Notes: generated by a model not told the origin, from the sequence alone. Shown: positions 38,466 through 50,659, counted from the first letter of the stretch. The stretch is DNA of 64,000 nt from an uncultured Solirubrobacterales bacterium (GCA_963842005.1 CAWJEV010000002.1:981484-1045483), one strand, 5' to 3'. A program made the numbers and translations.

Positions 38466-41400
38466 ATGTCGCTCAACGGGCGTAGGCGTAGGAGTCGGCC
38501 GCTGGGCCGGCTGACCGTGTTCTCGTAGGCGTCGTCGTCGCGGGTCTCCTGTCTCTTGCGGTGGGGGTCGCGGTGGGTGTAGGCGCCGGCAGCGCCCATC
38601 CCGCCGGAGCTCGCGGTGCTCGTCCTGCCACGGCGTCCCGGCTGCCGGGACCCGACAGGTTGGCCGCCGCCAAGACTCGGACGCTTTTGGCGGGACTTCG
38701 CCGGTCGGCAACAGCACAGGCGACGCGCCGCCGCGATTGGCTCGAGAGTTCCCAGGCGCGCGAGCAACGGGTCGCGTCACAGATGGCGTTTCACGGCCTG
38801 CGGGCGAATGCCGCGCACACACTGCTGCTGCGCGACTACGGCAGCGTACTCGCCGCTGCGGGCGCGAACCCAGCCGCCTCGATCGCCCGTACGGGGTCGA
38901 TAGTCCGCTACGTGGGCGACTACCGCGCAGTCGTGCGCACGAAACGGGGACTGGAAGTCGAGACCTCCACGGCGCCGCTACGCGTGAACAGCGGCGGCGG
39001 CGATGGCCGCCCCGTCGATCTGGGCCTCGACGCCGGCGCGAGCGCCTTCGTCCCTGCGAACCCGCTGGTCGGTCTCTCGATCGCTCGCGATTCCGGCGGG
39101 GGCGTGGAGATCGGCTCCTACGGCCTACGCGTCGCGCTGGAGGGCGCGAGCGTTCCCGGCAGCTCGAGCGGAGGGCAGAGCGCCTTCTTCGCCGGGGTCG
39201 GCGCCGATACCGACGCGGTGGTCACGCCCACATTGCGCGGTGCGGAGCTCTTCTCGGTGCTGCGGTCGCGCCTGAGCCCTGAACAGCTGCGCTACCACGT
39301 GACGCTGCCTGCGGGCGCGAGGCTGCAGGAAACGGCGGGCGGCGCCGTGGTTTCGCGTGGAGGCGCAGTCCTGGCGCGGATATCGTCACCGAGCGCTCGG
39401 GATGCACAGGACAGCCCGGTCCCGGTTCAAATGAGGGCCGCGGGGAATGATCTGGTTTTGACGGTTGAGCATCGCGGGCGTGAGGTGGCCTACCCAGTGT
39501 TGGTCGACCCCGAAATCACAATCACGGTCACTGATAATGCCGGGGGATGGACTTTTACCCAACCAGGCGTGGGAGGACTCAAAGGCACGCCGCCGGGCGG
39601 CGGCGGGGAACTCTCGATCACGGCCCCAACGACGCAGTACCCCATCATCGTTGAAGGCCATTCCTACGAAAGCGCGGAGGGCGTCTGGAAGATGACTCCA
39701 CCTGCTAAACCGGAATTTTCGAGCGTCGAATTTGTCAACACCAAATTCTCTGGCACTTCTTATGAAACCGAAACAGAAGTACCTACCTCCGATACCCTTT
39801 GGGTGGTAGGGGCATGTGTAAGTGGCAATGGAGGGGCGATCAACTACTCACCTCCCCCTCCGTCGAGCATGGTATTTTACAACGAACCTCCGGCATTCAT
39901 TTGCAACAAGCCAATAACAGTCTTGCTCGAAGTGGGGCATTACCATACCAGCGACGGCGGTACGGTTTCCGTCGGATCCATCGTGATGAAACGGCGGCTT
40001 CTGTCGACCAAGGAATTGGCACACGAAGCCGAAGGATACGGCGAAGGAAATTCAGGAAAGCCCGAAGAAGGCAGATGCTTGAACGGGCATCCGGTGGACT
40101 GCGCAACCGGCAATCAGGTCGAGACCCAGACCGATCTCTCCGTCGGCGGGCGCGGGCTTGGCCTGACGATGACACGGACGTATAACTCGCTGTCAGCCGC
40201 CACCCAAACCGAACAGGGCGCCAAACCAGGCCCCTTCGGGTACGGCTGGACAGGGTCCTACAGCGCCCATGTCGTGTTCGCGCACTTTTGCGAAACATGC
40301 GCGGAAACGGCCTCCGTGTACCAGGACAACGGCAGCACGACGCTCTTCGAATACGTCGGCGAAAAATGGGTTCCTGTCGGACCACTGGTTCAGGCGACCT
40401 TCACCAAAGAAGGCAGCGGCTATGTCTACTCGCTGCCGAACCAGAGCAAGCTGTACTTCAACAGCACGGGTCTGCTCACGAGCGAGGCCGACCGCGACGG
40501 CAACACCACAACCATGAACCGCAACTCCGAAGGGCGGTCTCGAATCGGTCTCCGATCCATCCGGGCGCAAACTCTCGCTAGCCTATAATTCAGAAGGCCT
40601 GGTCGAAAGTGCCACCGACCCGATGGGCCATACCGTGAAATACACCTACGAAAGCGGCAATCTCGCAAGCGTGACTCAGCCCGGCGAATCGAGTCTGCGC
40701 TGGCAGTTCAAATACAACGCCTCGCACGGGCTGACTTCGGAGACCGACGGGCGCGGCCACACCGTGACCACCGAATACGACATCTTTGGTCGGGTGGTCC
40801 AGCAGACGGACGCGATGAGCCGCACGCGGACGTGGGTCTACGGAGCCACAAAATCCGGCACGGAAACGACCATCACCGAACCCAACGGCGCCGTAACCGC
40901 GGAGCAGTTCAACAGCGTGGGGCTGCCGACCAGCGTAACGCACGCTTCGGGCACGTCCATCGCGGCGACGACCACCTACGAATATAACGGCTCCGACGAG
41001 CTCATAGCCCTCACCGACCCGAATAAACACAAGGTCGAATACGGCTATGACGAAGCCGGCAACCGCACCAGCGAAAAGGACGCGGACAGCGACGAAACGA
41101 AATGGAAATACGACAGCAAGCACGACATAGAAACCGTGGCGACTCCGGATGGAGAGACCACGACCATCAAACGGGAAGCTAACGGCAATCCCGAATCGAT
41201 CTCACGCCCGGCGCCAGGCGAAAAAACCCAGACCACGAAATATAAATACGACACATCCGGCGACCTCGAAAGCGTCACCGATCCGCTGGAACGCACGTGG
41301 AAATACGAATACGACAGCCGTGGGGACAAGACGGCCGAAATCGACCCTGAAGGCAACAAGCGCACCTGGGGCTATAACGAAGACTCCCAGGAGACCTCGA

Positions 41401-44400
41401 TGGTCAGCCCGCGTGGCAACGCCAAAAGCGGGGAAGCGGCGAAGTACACCACCACGATCGAACGCGACACGCACGGTCGGCCGCTGGTCGTGACCGAACC
41501 GGGCGGCCTCGGCGGCACCGGCGCACCCACGGACAGGACGCAGGCGGCGGTCTCCGGGACAGCCCGCGAAGGACAGACCCTCACCGCCGCCACAGGTACG
41601 TGGGAAGGAGAACCGACGGTGAGCTACACCTATCAGTGGCAGCGCTGCAACGCCTCGGGCGGGAGTTGCTCCAATGTCTCTGGAGCAACCAGCTCGACGT
41701 ATGCCCTGGCCAGTGGCGATGTCGGTACCACGCTTCGGGTCGTGGTGACCGCGACCAACTCGTGGGGCTCAGCAGAAAGCAGGTCGAACACGACGGCGGT
41801 CGTCTCCAAAGCCACCGTTCTCGGCGCGGTCTACTCCACGCAGTTCTCCACGGCGTTCGGCTCGGGAGGCTCGGGCAACGGGCAGTTCGAGCAACCGCGG
41901 GATGTCGCCGTCGATTCGAACGGCGATGTCTGGGTTGCCGACACCGACAACAATCGTGTGGAGGAGTTCTCATCCACTGGTGAATACATCAAGAAGTTCG
42001 GCTCCGAAGGCACCGGCAACGGGCAGTTCAAGCAACCGGCGGGTATCGCGGTCGCAGCGAACGGAGATCTCTGGGTAACGGACTCTCTCAACGACCGCGT
42101 CGAGGAGTTCTCCCCCGCCGGTGAATACATCAAAAAGTTCGGCTCCGAAGGATCGGGCAACGGCCAGTTCTCAGAACCGAGGGGTATCGCCATCGCACCG
42201 AACGGCCACATCTGGGTCACCGACGCCCGCAATTACCGTGTGGAGGAGTTCTCCTCCACCGGAGAATACATCACAAAGGTCGGCACATCAGGTTCCGGCA
42301 ACGGACAGTTCTACCACCCAACAGGCATCGCCGCCGATTCCAACGGCGATATTTGGGTTGCCGACAGCCGCAACAACCGTGTACAAGAGCTGTCCTCCAC
42401 CGGCGAATACATCAGGCAATTCGGCTCTGAAGGTACAGGCAACGGCCAGTTCATAGAACCCGCGGGTATCACCGTCGATCCCGCAGGCGATGTGTGGGTC
42501 GCTGACACCAGGAATAACCGCATACAGGGGTTCACTTCCACGGGTGAATACATCAGGCAGTTTGGCTCCGACGGCTCAGGCAATGGACAGTTCGTAGAAC
42601 CGGAAGGCATCGCGGTCGGTCCCAACGGCAACCTATGGATCGCCGACAGGGTCAACAACCGCATACAGGAGTTCACGGTGCCGACTCCTGTTTACGGATC
42701 GAAGTTCGGTTCGGAAGGTTCGGGCAATGGGCAGTTCAAACAACCACGGGCTGTCGCCATCGATTCAAGTGGCGATGTTTGGGTTGCCGATACCAAAAAC
42801 AATCGCGTAGAGGAGTTCTCCTCAACCGGTGAATACATCAGGCAATTTGGCTCCGAAGGCACCGGCAACGGGCAGTTCAAGGAACCACGAGGTATCGCGT
42901 TCGCCGCAAACGGAGATCTATGGGTCACGGACTCCCTCAATGACCGTGTCGAGGAGTTCTCGCCTACCGGCGAATATATCACAAAGTTCGGGTCCGAAGG
43001 CAGCGGCAACGGGCAGTTCACAGAACCTGTTGGTATCGCAATCGCGCCAAACGGCCACATCTGGGTCACCGACGCCCGCTACTATCGTGTGGAGGAGTTC
43101 TCCTCCACCGGCGAATACATTACGCAGGTCGGCATATACGGCTCCGGCAACGGTCAGTTCTACCATCCGACGGGCGTAGTGGCAGACCCGAACGGCAATA
43201 TTTGGGTTGCCGATACGCGCAACAACCGTGTCCAGGAGCTGTCGTCCACTGGCGAATACATCAGGCAGTTCGGCTCTGAAGGTACAGGCAACGGCCAGTT
43301 CAAAGAACCCGCGGGCATCGCCGTCGATCTGGCAGGCGACATATGGGTCGCTGATACGCAGAACAACCGCATAGAGGGCTTCTCCTCCACAGGCGAATAT
43401 ATCACACAGGTCGGTACGAAAGGCACAGGCAGCGGACAGTTCACAGAACCAGAAGAGCTCACGGTCGATCGCAATGACAATCTCTGGGTTGCCGATAGAT
43501 CCAACAACCGCGTCGACGAGTGGCGGTCCGCTGTCGCGCCTTCCAATACGACGCCACCCAGTATTTCCGGACAGCTTCTCATCGGCCAGACGCTCAGCGC
43601 AGGTACCGGCACCTGGACAGCCGTCCCAAGCCCGACCTACACCTACCAATGGCGGCGCTGCAACAAAACGGGTGGAGAATGCAGCAATATCTCTGGCGCC
43701 ACCGGCTCCACTCACATCGTGACCGAAAGCGACGCCGAGAGCACGCTACGCGTAGTCGTGACAGCCACGAACTCTGCCGGCTCAGCCGAAGGAACATCCG
43801 CCGCGACCGAAGTCGCCGGGCAACCCCCCACCACGAAATATGCTTACGATGCGGACGGAAACCTCGAAAGCGTGATCGATCCTAACGGTAATAAGACGAA
43901 ATACACTTATGACGCGGACAACGAGCGGACCGCGGTCGAAGAACCCAAGGGGACCGTCACTGAAACCGGCTACGATGCATCTGGGCAGGTCACGAGCCAG
44001 ACCGACGGCAACAAACACACCACAAAATACGTTCGAAATCTACTCGAGGAGGTCACCGAAGTCGTCGATCCGCTCGGGCGCAAAACGACGAAGGAATACG
44101 ACCCGGCGGGCAACCTCACGAGCCTGTCCGACCCGATGAAACGGACGACCACCTACACCTACAATCTCGCAAACCGTCTCATCGAAGTCAAATACTCCGA
44201 TGGCAAAACCCCGACGGTCAAATACGAATACACCAAAGACGGCGACCGCACCGTCATGACCGACGGGACTGGAACAAGCAAATATACCTACGACCAGTTG
44301 GATCGGCTGACAGAAGCCGAAAGCGGGCACAAAGAAAAGGTCAAATACGAATACGACCTCGCGAACGAGCAGACGAAGATCACCTACCCCAGCGAAAAAA

Positions 44401-45926
44401 GCATCACCCGGGCCTGCGATAAAGACGGACGGCTGGAAAAGGTGACCGACTGGCTCGAACACATCACCAAATTCACGTATGACCCCGACTCCGATCTGGC
44501 CACCACGGTCTTCCCATCAGGGACGAGCGACGAAGACAAATACACTTACAACAATGCAGACCAGATGAGCGAAGTAAAGATGCTCAAAGGCACGGAAACG
44601 CTCGCGTCGCTCGTCTTCGCCCGGGATAACGACGAGCAGGTCAAGACGGTGATCAGCAAAGGCCTGCCGGGCGCAGAAAAACTCGCCTACGAATACGACT
44701 CGAACAGCCGCTTGACCAAAGGCGCTACCACGGCCTACGAATACGACGCGGCCAACAACCCGACCAAGATCGCTACGGGGACCTACAAATACAACGCCGG
44801 CGACGAGCTCGAAACGGGCCCGAGCCTCACGTACACCTACAACGAAGTCGGGGAGCGTACGAAAACGACTCCGAGCACCGGCCCCGCAACGACCTACGGC
44901 TACGATCAAGCCGGCAACCTGACCTCCGTCGGACGGCCGAAAGAAGGCGAAGTCTCCAAGATCGAAGACAGCTACGCCTACAACGGAGAAGGCCTGCGGA
45001 CCTCCCAGACGATCTCCGGCACGACCAGCTATCTTACATGGGACATGGCCGAAGACCTCCCACTGATCGTCAGTGACGGCACCAACAGCTACATCTACGG
45101 TCCCGGCGGTCTGCCCGTCGAGCAGATCTCCAGCGGGGGGACCGTCACCTACCTGCACCACGATCGGCAGGGTTCAACGCGCCTGCTGACCGGCTCGACA
45201 GGCACCGTCACCGGCAGCACCACGTTTGACGCGTACGGCAACAAGACAGGATCGACCGGGAGCAGCACGACCCCGCTCGGCTACGACGGACAGTACACCA
45301 GCTCGGACACCGGGCTCATCTATCTCCGAGCGCGGGTCTATGACCCGGCGACGGCACAGTTCCTCACGGTAGATCCACTTGCACCGATCACCGAAGAGCC
45401 GTACACGTATGGCGCCGATGACCCAATCAACAGCGCTGACCCAAGCGGATTGATCTTTGGCATTCCGGGCACGCCATCCTGGTCGGATGTCGGCACTCGC
45501 GTGGTCGGCTTCTTCGACGGGTTCACCAAACCTGTGTTTGGCGGGACTGCTGCTCTGCGCTTTTGGCTCGGCCTGAACGGCGGCCTTGAAACGTGCTCGA
45601 TGGAATATAAGGTGGCGAACGAAATTGGTGGCGTAGACGTGCAGATCGAGGCCGGCGCGGTCGCGGGTAATTTTGCTGAGTTTGGCTTGGAGGCCCTCGT
45701 TGGAAAACTTGGAGGCCTCAGAGCGGCGATCAAGCCTCTGCTTGGCGGCATCGCTGGGGCACTTGCTCAAAACGGCGTCGCTGGGCAAGAGCCTAGCGCG
45801 TCGACAATCGGTAAGGGTGCAGCAGGAGGTCTCGTGGGCGACCTTGCGACAGGCTTCTTTTCCAGTGGGAGCGCGGAGGGCGTGTCCGGCGGAGTGGGCG
45901 CGGTCGTAAATCTGCTAACCAATTAG
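38466..45926 (+). CDS. Rhs/YD-repeat protein (~2480 aa) with a DUF6531-like domain, two Ig-like domains and 12 NHL repeats (frameshifts near 38510 and 40538)
   Basis: Signal-peptide-like start, YPVLVDP, GHPVDCATGN..TRTYNS and YD repeats. Rhs core TFDAYG..GYDGQY..GLIYLRARVYDP..DPINSADPSG. Removing one T at ~40538 fuses ORFs 38561..40588 and 40623..45926. Confidence 0.88.
41856..43525 (+). repeat. Twelve ~141-bp NHL coding repeats (two six-bladed propellers)
   Basis: FGSEGxGNGQFxxPxGIAVxxNGxxWVxDxxNxRVxEF repeated 12 times. Repeats 1-6 match 7-12 unit by unit. Confidence 0.9.
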
Positions 45927-45935
45927 GTTAGGTTC

Positions 45936-46460
45936 GTGGGTCAACCAACACAGATCTGTTTCAATCGCCGCCTTGCGTTTGGGGCTGCGGTCTTTTTTGG
46001 TATTTTCGTTGTTGTCGGTACTAAGCGCGGCATCGAACATGGAAATGCAGTGGCTATTATGCTCACCTTGGTCGTCATGGGACCGATATTTGCGCTTTAT
46101 GCGTTTCGTGCTCTGCGACGACGTACTGCGCTAGTCCTTGACGATCGTGCGATTACAATAGCCCGCTCCCATCAGGTGATACCTTGGGACACTGTTTTTG
46201 AAGCTCACTTGATCGAGCATCAGGGAAACTTCGGCCTCTCTCACGAACTTGTGCTGATGGTTCAGTGCGACGACGGGCCGCACGATGAAAGTTCGCTCAC
46301 GGAGCTAAGAACCTCCAAAGTTGACGTGCAGAAGGCTTGGGTGTCGCTCGATCAGTTGTCGATGTCGTCGAGCGATATCGTGGCACTTGTTCAGCAGCGG
46401 CTGGGCAAAAATATTCCCGCAAGGCGTGAGGCCGGTCTTTTCAGAAAGTCAGCCGCATGA
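45936..46460 (+). CDS. Membrane protein, candidate Rhs immunity factor
   Basis: Starts 9 nt after the Rhs stop. Two N-terminal TM helices plus a soluble domain, with lower GC than the backbone. Confidence 0.6.
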   Translation: MGQPTQICFNRRLAFGAAVFFGIFVVVGTKRGIEHGNAVAIMLTLVVMGPIFALYAFRALRRRTALVLDDRAITIARSHQVIPWDTVFEAHLIEHQGNFGLSHELVLMVQCDDGPHDESSLTELRTSKVDVQKAWVSLDQLSMSSSDIVALVQQRLGKNIPARREAGLFRKSAA

Positions 46461-46537
46461 GAAGCGTGCATGATATCAAGAAACAAGAAAAGCGACACGG
46501 CTGGCGCCGACGATCATCTTATATCGGTAGACTTTGA

Positions 46538-46795
46538 ATGGTAGCCACTCTGGTCGCGGATCTGCTTACTTGGTTGATCGTAGCCGTCGTTGTGGTTGTC
46601 AGCTTTACGATCATTGTAATCGGTACCATGCGCGCATATCGCGAGATGAGAGCCATGGGTAAGAGTGAGGGGCTGTCTATTGTCCTGGCAGCCGGTGCGG
46701 CGGTCGTCTTGCTCGGTGGAGTGTGGCTACTCGTAGGGCTATACTGGTTCGGAGCCTGGCTTTGGAGAATGGGCCGCCGCGCCAGTGTTGAGTAG
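46538..46795 (+). CDS. Small two-TM membrane protein (candidate second immunity or accessory gene)
   Basis: 85-aa hydrophobic ORF co-oriented with Rhs, with lower GC. Confidence 0.5.
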   Translation: MVATLVADLLTWLIVAVVVVVSFTIIVIGTMRAYREMRAMGKSEGLSIVLAAGAAVVLLGGVWLLVGLYWFGAWLWRMGRRASVE

Positions 46796-46869
46796 CACAG
46801 ACACTCGCCAGCAGGGCTCAACACGCATGCTGACAAGTTCCACCAACCAAAGCGAGGCCCCGAGGCGCG

Positions 46870-49800
46870 CTACGCGACCTCGGCCATCTCAGGCCGGGGC
46901 AGCTCCGTGACGGAGGACTCATCGCGGCCGGTCTCCGCCGGCTCGGGCGAGGATGACTCGCGGTGGGCGGTATCCGCCGGGTCGGGAGGGGACGGCTCGC
47001 GCCGGTCGATCATCTCCGATGGACCAGACGCGGACCCGCTCCGACCGGGCTCCAATACCGGGGCGATCTCGGCGGCCGGGGGCAGCCGCCGGGAAAGGAC
47101 CTTGGAGACTCCGTTGCCGGCCATCGAGACCCCATAAAGCCAGTCGGCGGCCTCCATCGTGCGCTTCTGGTGGGTGATCACGATGAACTGGGCGCGGTCG
47201 GCGTAACGGCGCAGGAGCGAGAGGAAGCGCTCGAGGTTGAGGTCGTCCAGCGCGGCCTCGACCTCGTCGAGGATGTAGAAGGGGCAGGGGCGCGCGAGGA
47301 ACACGGCGAACAGGAAGGCGAGCGCGGTCATCGACTTCTCCCCGCCGGAGAGCAGCGAGAGTCGCTTGGTGGACTTGCCCGCGGGGGTGATCTCGATCTC
47401 GACGCCGAGCATCTCCTCCTCACCGGAGGGGGCGTCCGCGGGGTCCCTCGCGCCGCCGGGCTGGGCCTGCTCCTCGAGCTCCGCGGCGGCCTCGGCATCG
47501 CCATCCCCGTCCGCCGCCGCGCCCGCAGCGCCGTCGGGCAGCGGCTGGCCGCCGAGCACGGGCCGCGGGACGTGGGCGTCCTTGACGAGCCGCAGCCGTC
47601 CCCCACCGCCGGGGAACACGTCGCGGGCGAGCTCCTCGAAGTTGCGGGCGGCTGCCTCGAAGGTGGCGTGGAAGGTCTCGTGGATCTGACGGTCGGTGTC
47701 GCGGATCACGATGCGCAGCTCGCGCAGCGCGGTCTCCAGGTCGGTGCGCCGGGCCTCGAGCTCCTCGACGTGGGCGAGCGCCTCGGCGTACTCCTCCTGG
47801 GCGAGCGGGTTGACGGGCCCGAGCTGCTCGCGCCGGCGGCGCAGACGCTCGAGGCGTGCGGCAAGCGCCTGCACCTGCTCCTCGTCCAGCGGCTCGGGGT
47901 CCTCGTCGTCGAACGCGGCGGGCTCGTGCGAGCCGTCCTCGGTCCAGGCCTGCACGACCCCCACCGACTCGCGATCCTCGACATCGTGGGCCGCCGTGTC
48001 ATCCCACGAGGGGCTCCCCTGCACAGCATCCTCGGCGTCCTCGCCCTCCGCGGCAGCCTCCGCGTCCTCCTCGGTGGCACCCTCCGGCGCCTGACCGACC
48101 GCGCGGGCGGGCAGCTCGAGCCGCTCGCGGACGGTGCGCAGCTCAAGCTCGGCGTCCGCGGCGAGGTCGCGCAGGCGCTGGGCTGCCACCTCGGCGACGG
48201 TGACCGCCTCACCCTCCGCGCGCAGCCGGGCCTGGATGTCGGCCTCCTGAGCGGCGCAGGCGCGCAGCTCGGCGGCCATCTCCTCGCCGGCGGCGCGGTC
48301 GCGGGCGAGCTCGCCCTGGAGCTCGGCGACCCGCTCGGCGACGGCCTCCCCGAGGGAGCGCAGCGCCGCGGCGAGCCGCTCTGCCAGCGGCGCGAGCGCG
48401 GTGTCGGCGGCGAGCTGGGCGCGCAGGCGCTCCAGGCGCGCAAGGCGCTCGGCGTGTTCGCGTGCGACGCGCTCGGCCTGGCGGCGCTCCGCGGCGAGCT
48501 CGCCCTCCAGCTGGGCGCGGCGCACCGCGAGGGGACCCTGGTCGGGGGCGGCGCGGCGCTGCTCGTGCAGCCAGGCGGCGTGGCGCTCCCGCTCGAGCGC
48601 ACGGGCGTGGTCGCGCGCGGCCTCGCGCAGCCCGCCCTCGGCCTCTTCGCAGGCGGTATCGGCGTCGTGGCAGTCGGCCTGCGCGCCCTCGGCGGCGGCG
48701 CGTGCGGCGTGCTCGGCGGAGGCGGCGGTCTCGGTCGCGGCGAGTAGCTGCACACGCTCGTTGCGGCGGGCGAGCACGCGCTCGCCGCCGCCCTCGGTCA
48801 CCTGGCGCACCTCGCCGGAGGCGGTGAGCCACACACGCCCGCGGGGGGTGACGGCGAGGCCGGCGAAGTCCTCGGGGAGGTCCTCGAGGCGCTCGACGAC
48901 CCAGGCGTCGGCGAGCAGCCGCCGCGCGAGGGCGAGCACGGGAGGCGGCCCGTCCACGAACTCGAGCAGGGGGCGCGCACCGGGTGCGGGGGGCGTGAGC
49001 GTCGCCGCCGGCGGGGGATCGGACCGCAGGTCCGCGAGCAGCGCGGTGGCGCCGTCGGGCCCGGCGCGGTCCAGCAGGGCGGCCGCACGAGCGAGGTCGG
49101 GCACGAGCGCGGCATCCAGGCGCCCGCCGAGTGCGGCGGCGAGCGCGAGCTCGTAGCCGGGTTGGACGCTCAGGGCCTCGCTCAAGGTCTGGAACCGGCC
49201 CGCGCCACCCGTCCCACGCTCGCTGGCCGCGGACTCGCCGGCCATAGGATCGGCTGTTGCGGACTCACCTGCCGCGGACTCGCCCGCCGCGGCGGAGGCA
49301 AGCGACGCGTGGGGTGCGTGGTTGCGCAGGAACTGGTTGACCGCGGCGAGCTCAGAGCCCACCCGTGCAGCCTCGCGCCGGGCGGCCTCGACCGCGCGCT
49401 CGGCCTCGCGCAGCGCGGCGCGGGCATCCTCGGCGCCGGCGTCGGCCTCCTCGCGCGCCTCGCGCGCCTCGGAGAGCGCGGCGTCCAGCTCGGCGACCTC
49501 GGCGGAGGCGTCCTCGCGGGCGCGGTCGAGGGCGGCCAGCTCGCGCTCCAGCTCCTGCTCGCGCTCGCGGTCCAGCCCGGCGAGCTCGCCCTCGAGCACG
49601 CCGATGCGCTGGCCGAGCTCCGTGCGGTCCCCGTCGGTCTCGGACGGACCGCCGCCGGCAAGGGTCTCCTCGAGGATCTCCAGCTCGCGCTGCACGCGGA
49701 CGGTCCGCTCGGCGAGCGCGTCGACGGCGGCGGCGGCCTGTTCGCGGCGCAGCTCCAGGCGCTCGTGCGCGGCGCCGGCCTGCAGCGTGCTGCGGGCGAG

Positions 49801-50655
49801 CGCGTCGTGGCGCTCGGAGCGGTGGGCGAGCGCGCGCTCGGCGTCGCTGCGGCGCCGCACGACCTCCTGCAGGCCCGCTTCGACGGCCTCGCGGGCGGCG
49901 CGGGCCTCCTGCACGCCGGCCTCGGCGGCCCCGAGCTCCAGGCGGCGCGCGCGCAGCGCCTCGCGGGCTAGGGCCAGCCGCACTTCGAGCGCCTGGTGCT
50001 CCAGGCGCTCGTGGAGGTCCGCGGCTTCGGCCTGGCGCTTGAGGGGGCGCAGGCGGGTACGCGCCTCGCGCTCGACGTCCAACGCGCGGTCGAGGTTCTC
50101 CTGGGTGCGCTCCAGCTTCAGCTGGGCGCGGCGGCGGCGCTTACGGTGCTTGCCGAGACCCGCGGCCTCCTCGATCAGCAGGCGCCGGTCGCGGGGCTTG
50201 GAGAGCACGATCGACTCCACGCGCCCCTGGGAGATGACCGAGTGCGTCTCCTTGCCGAGGCCGGTGTCGGAAAGCACCTCGATCACGTCGCCGAGGCGGC
50301 AGCGCGCGCCGTTGAGGCGGTATTCGCCCTCGCCTGAGCGGTGCAGGCGGCGCAGAATCGAGATCTCGCTGAACGGCATCGCGACCGTGCCGTCGGAGTT
50401 GTCGAGCACGAGCTCGACCTCAGCCGAGGAGCGTGCCTGCACGCCGCGCCCGCCGCCGAAGATCACGTCCTGCATCGACTGTCCGCGGACCGCAAGCGGG
50501 GACTGCTCGCCCATCGCCCACAGCACCGCGTCGGTGACGTTCGACTTGCCCGACCCGTTGGGCCCCACCACGACGGACACCCCGGGGCCGAAGTCCAGGT
50601 GGGTGCGGTCGGGAAAGGACTTGAAGCCCTTCAGCGTCAGCGACTTCAAATGCAT
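46870..50655 (-). CDS. smc: Chromosome segregation protein SMC
   Basis: MHLKSLTLKGFKSF, GPNGSGKSN, long coiled coils, LSGGEKS and FYILDEVEAALDD. Confidence 0.95.
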   Translation of the reverse strand: MHLKSLTLKGFKSFPDRTHLDFGPGVSVVVGPNGSGKSNVTDAVLWAMGEQSPLAVRGQSMQDVIFGGGRGVQARSSAEVELVLDNSDGTVAMPFSEISILRRLHRSGEGEYRLNGARCRLGDVIEVLSDTGLGKETHSVISQGRVESIVLSKPRDRRLLIEEAAGLGKHRKRRRRAQLKLERTQENLDRALDVEREARTRLRPLKRQAEAADLHERLEHQALEVRLALAREALRARRLELGAAEAGVQEARAAREAVEAGLQEVVRRRSDAERALAHRSERHDALARSTLQAGAAHERLELRREQAAAAVDALAERTVRVQRELEILEETLAGGGPSETDGDRTELGQRIGVLEGELAGLDREREQELERELAALDRAREDASAEVAELDAALSEAREAREEADAGAEDARAALREAERAVEAARREAARVGSELAAVNQFLRNHAPHASLASAAAGESAAGESATADPMAGESAASERGTGGAGRFQTLSEALSVQPGYELALAAALGGRLDAALVPDLARAAALLDRAGPDGATALLADLRSDPPPAATLTPPAPGARPLLEFVDGPPPVLALARRLLADAWVVERLEDLPEDFAGLAVTPRGRVWLTASGEVRQVTEGGGERVLARRNERVQLLAATETAASAEHAARAAAEGAQADCHDADTACEEAEGGLREAARDHARALERERHAAWLHEQRRAAPDQGPLAVRRAQLEGELAAERRQAERVAREHAERLARLERLRAQLAADTALAPLAERLAAALRSLGEAVAERVAELQGELARDRAAGEEMAAELRACAAQEADIQARLRAEGEAVTVAEVAAQRLRDLAADAELELRTVRERLELPARAVGQAPEGATEEDAEAAAEGEDAEDAVQGSPSWDDTAAHDVEDRESVGVVQAWTEDGSHEPAAFDDEDPEPLDEEQVQALAARLERLRRRREQLGPVNPLAQEEYAEALAHVEELEARRTDLETALRELRIVIRDTDRQIHETFHATFEAAARNFEELARDVFPGGGGRLRLVKDAHVPRPVLGGQPLPDGAAGAAADGDGDAEAAAELEEQAQPGGARDPADAPSGEEEMLGVEIEITPAGKSTKRLSLLSGGEKSMTALAFLFAVFLARPCPFYILDEVEAALDDLNLERFLSLLRRYADRAQFIVITHQKRTMEAADWLYGVSMAGNGVSKVLSRRLPPAAEIAPVLEPGRSGSASGPSEMIDRREPSPPDPADTAHRESSSPEPAETGRDESSVTELPRPEMAEVA

Positions 50656-50659
50656 GTGC

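Noticed and set aside
41856-43525. CRISPR-like or non-coding repeat array
   Set aside because: The repeats are ~141-bp in-frame NHL coding units without unique spacers, and there are no cas genes.
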